Translations under genes and position numbers: made by a program
Shown: positions 61,551 through 64,000 of the stretch, piece after piece
How positions within the stretch are numbered: the stretch's first letter is position 1
Layout of the letters: every line of letters begins with the position of its first letter
The notes under the pieces: model-generated
Databases searched by the model: none
Told to the model about the DNA's origin: nothing
What the model saw: the letters and a program-made list of their open reading frames with translations, nothing else
Assembly: GCA_039810425.1 (NCBI GenBank)
Contig: JBDHWW010000012.1
Location: 11,393 to 75,392, forward strand
DNA: 64,000 nt
Direction of reading: 5' to 3'
Source: Pseudobdellovibrionaceae bacterium
GTDB taxonomy: Bacteria > Bdellovibrionota > Bdellovibrionia > Bdellovibrionales > Bdellovibrionaceae

Positions 61551-62996
61551 ATGAAAAAAGTATTTTTCGCTCTCATCATCGTCCTCGCCGCCGGATTGGG
61601 ATACGCTCAAATTCCACAAAGGACTCCACCGCCCATGAAGCTGTCGGATCCATTGCCGGCCAACCTCTTTGTTGAGCTCGGCAAAGCCATCAACCCGGCG
61701 GTGGTAAATATCTCTACCCTTGCCATCCCCCGCGTCCCAAGAGGAGGCATGCAACGCGATCCCATGCTCGACATGCTTGAACAGTTCTACGGCGTGCCAC
61801 TCCAACCGCGCCAGCAAGCGCCGGTTCAACCGGGTAAGCCTCGTCCCTATGGCCTCGGCACGGGTTTTATTATTCGTGAAGATGGCCTGATCGTGACCAA
61901 CAATCACGTGATCCAAGGCGCAGATGGCATTCAAGTTCAGCTCACTGAAAAATCCGATAAGCTCTACGACGCGAAAGTCATAGGTTATGATGAACGCACC
62001 GATATTGCACTTATCAAAATCAATCCTGACGGCAAACTCCCGGTCGCGGCATTGGGCACGAGCAAAGATCTCGAAGTGGGCGAATGGGTCGCCGCCTTCG
62101 GGAACCCTTACGGCCACGGCCACTCAATGACCAAAGGGATTGTCTCGTCAAAAGGTCGTGAGATCGGAGAGATTAACAAAATCCCTCTCATCCAAACAGA
62201 CGCGAGTATCAACCCCGGGAACTCCGGCGGTCCGCTCGTAAATACGAAAGGCTATGTGATCGGCGTGAACTCCGCAATCGATGCGCGCGCACAAGGGATC
62301 GGCTTTGCGATTCCGATTGATGAGGTGAAAGCCATCATTCCACAGCTTGAAAAATCAGGACGCATCGAAAAGGGTTTCATCGGTGTCAGGCCCGGTGATC
62401 TTGATCCAAGCGTGGATCCGTCGTACCTGGGCCTTGAAGCGGCTGAGGGCGCGGTCATCACCGGCTTAGAGAAAAACGGCCCGGCCGCTAAAGCGGGTTT
62501 GCGGCCTTACGACATTGTCGTGGAATTCAATGGCCGCAAAATCAAGTCCTCCATGGATTTGATGGATGCCGTGGGTGATGCGAAAATCGGAAGCACCGTT
62601 CCGCTTAAAGTCGTTCGCGAGCGCAAACCGGTCAGTGCCCGCGTCACCGTCCTGGAGCGCCCGGATTTCAACGCCGCGAAAAATGCTTCAGCCCCAAAAA
62701 ATTACAAAGGTCAAAAAGCTCCGTTCGGTTTGGGCTTCTCGGTGACTGATCTGAACCAGGAACTCCGCACGGAGTACATGATTCCGCCGGATGTCCAAAA
62801 TCCGATGATTATTGAGGTTGAGCGCAGCAGCGTTGCGTCCTTGGCCGGACTTAGGGTCGGAGACTTGGTTTTGGATATAAATAAAAAAGAAGTCACAAAG
62901 GCCCTCGATGTCGGTAAAGCATTGAAGAAGGGGACCAATACATTGCGTTTGGCAAGGGGCAACCGCCTAATGATTGTAACGATTGACACAAAATAA
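61551..62996 (+). CDS. degP: DegP/HtrA (Do family) serine protease with two PDZ domains
   Basis: TNNHV, DIALIK, QTDASINPGNSGGPL catalytic triad; PDZ domains; signal peptide. Confidence 0.92.
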   Translation: MKKVFFALIIVLAAGLGYAQIPQRTPPPMKLSDPLPANLFVELGKAINPAVVNISTLAIPRVPRGGMQRDPMLDMLEQFYGVPLQPRQQAPVQPGKPRPYGLGTGFIIREDGLIVTNNHVIQGADGIQVQLTEKSDKLYDAKVIGYDERTDIALIKINPDGKLPVAALGTSKDLEVGEWVAAFGNPYGHGHSMTKGIVSSKGREIGEINKIPLIQTDASINPGNSGGPLVNTKGYVIGVNSAIDARAQGIGFAIPIDEVKAIIPQLEKSGRIEKGFIGVRPGDLDPSVDPSYLGLEAAEGAVITGLEKNGPAAKAGLRPYDIVVEFNGRKIKSSMDLMDAVGDAKIGSTVPLKVVRERKPVSARVTVLERPDFNAAKNASAPKNYKGQKAPFGLGFSVTDLNQELRTEYMIPPDVQNPMIIEVERSSVASLAGLRVGDLVLDINKKEVTKALDVGKALKKGTNTLRLARGNRLMIVTIDTK

Positions 62997-63030
62997 AATT
63001 TGATTTATAGATAAAAAGATGTTTTCTTAG

Positions 63031-63060
63031 AAAGCTCACGATGATACGTGGGCTTTTTTT
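63031..63060 (+). terminator. intrinsic terminator after degP
   Basis: AAAGCTCACG-ATGATA-CGTGGGCTTTTTTT. Confidence 0.75.
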
Positions 63061-63244
63061 ATGTTTTTTGTACGCATTCCAAAACGAGACATTTTTCTCT
63101 TACAGTGGTGATGGAGCGCAGTTAGTTTAGACTTAGGTCTTAAGAATTAACCCGAACTAGCCGTTGGTTTATATGGAAGAAACAAAAGAGCATAACAACA
63201 ATAGAAGTCCCCTAATTAAGCACGTAACAGCAAAGGATGGACAC

Positions 63245-63568
63245 ATGAAGATCACCGAAGTTAAGGTCTTTCCCGTGAACGAAGATCGGCTAAAGGCCTA
63301 TGTATCAATCACAATAGACAGCAGCTTTGTCATCCGAGATCTCAAAATCATACAAGGGCCGAGCGGGCTCTTCGTAGCGATGCCCAGCAAAAAGCGCAAA
63401 GACGGTCAATTTCGAGATATAGCACATCCTCTCAATCAGGACACAAGGACGATGATCGAAGACATGGTTTTCGAGGCTTACGAAAAGGAACTCAAATCCA
63501 TGGGCGCCACCCTAGTAAACCTAAAGCGCCAAAAAGCCCCCGCAAACACCTACGACGATGAACTTTAG
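63245..63568 (+). CDS. spoVG: SpoVG family protein
   Basis: [33 protein letters not shown]. Confidence 0.95.
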   Translation: MKITEVKVFPVNEDRLKAYVSITIDSSFVIRDLKIIQGPSGLFVAMPSKKRKDGQFRDIAHPLNQDTRTMIEDMVFEAYEKELKSMGATLVNLKRQKAPANTYDDEL

Positions 63569-63692
63569 GGTACGCCGTACCTTTTTCGGATGCGTCGCAC
63601 AATTCGCGCTTCTTAATTGCGCGGTTTCAAGAAACTGCTTGCTCTTGAGACCGCTTTTTTTTAACTTACGGGCTTCATAATCATACCCATGT

Positions 63693-63768
63693 TGGGGCGT
63701 CGACAAGTTGGTAAGTTAGCAGATTTTGATTCTGCCATTCGCTGGTTCGAGTCCAGCCGCCCCATCCA
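63693..63768 (+). tRNA. tRNA-Gln(TTG)
   Basis: acceptor TGGGGCG/CGCCCCA, anticodon stem GCAGA/TCTGC with TTG at 63726-63728, T-arm GCTGG-TTCGAGT-CCAGC, encoded CCA. Confidence 0.96.
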
Positions 63769-63810
63769 ATTTTCTCCTTAAAATCTAGTGATTTCAATAA
63801 CTTAGACCAC

Positions 63811-63848
63811 TTTCATTCGCTGTTATAAGCCGTTTTTCATTCGCTGTT
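63811..63848. repeat. 14-bp direct repeat pair TTTCATTCGCTGTT downstream of tRNA-Gln
   Basis: exact copies at 63811-63824 and 63835-63848, partial third copy TTCGCTATT at 63849-63857. Confidence 0.7.
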
Positions 63849-64000
63849 TTCGCTATTCTGTACATTCTACCTATTGAAAGCTGTGATTCACTGACCGATA
63901 AATTCAGATATGAGCTATATAACACCCGGATCCGTGGAATCTCCGCAGCAATCCTCTCCGATCCGTTAAATTTTATTTTTTGAATTTTCCGATGCCGTGA

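Overview
A gene-dense bacterial chromosomal segment. The gene content (alpha2-type GlyRS, spoVG, NirK-cytochrome c fusion, orphan c-di-GMP riboswitch, many uncharacterised exported proteins) suggests a Bdellovibrio-like organism; this is an inference. Housekeeping blocks: zapA-5-FTHF cyclo-ligase-rny-tyrS-ferredoxin, smc-ftsY, glyQS-ppdK, a moxR-bat operon, two lytic transglycosylases, htpX-like/degP, spoVG and tRNA-Gln(TTG). The most notable features are: (1) a 14-kb divergent envelope-transport locus with three intact RND permeases, two TolC-family proteins, a predicted beta-barrel and a three-repeat lipoprotein, but no recognisable membrane-fusion protein; (2) a stand-alone GEMM-I riboswitch RNA between convergent genes, followed by a 19-aa micro-ORF and a terminator; (3) a structured ~190-nt element carrying an unannotated 32-aa hydrophobic peptide, resembling a type I toxin-antitoxin locus; (4) a nirK-nirV-SCO/NnrS/hemerythrin/two-Crp-Fnr nitrite/NO module with canonical FNR boxes; (5) two GT-C-like membrane proteins plus a divergent GT2 (candidate lipid-linked glycosylation); (6) several apparently inactivated enzymes (RNase Y, Mrp, HtpX-like, GT2); (7) att-like repeats after tRNA-Gln. 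No CRISPR array, rRNA or transposase was seen. All calls were made by eye from motifs; no database searches were run.
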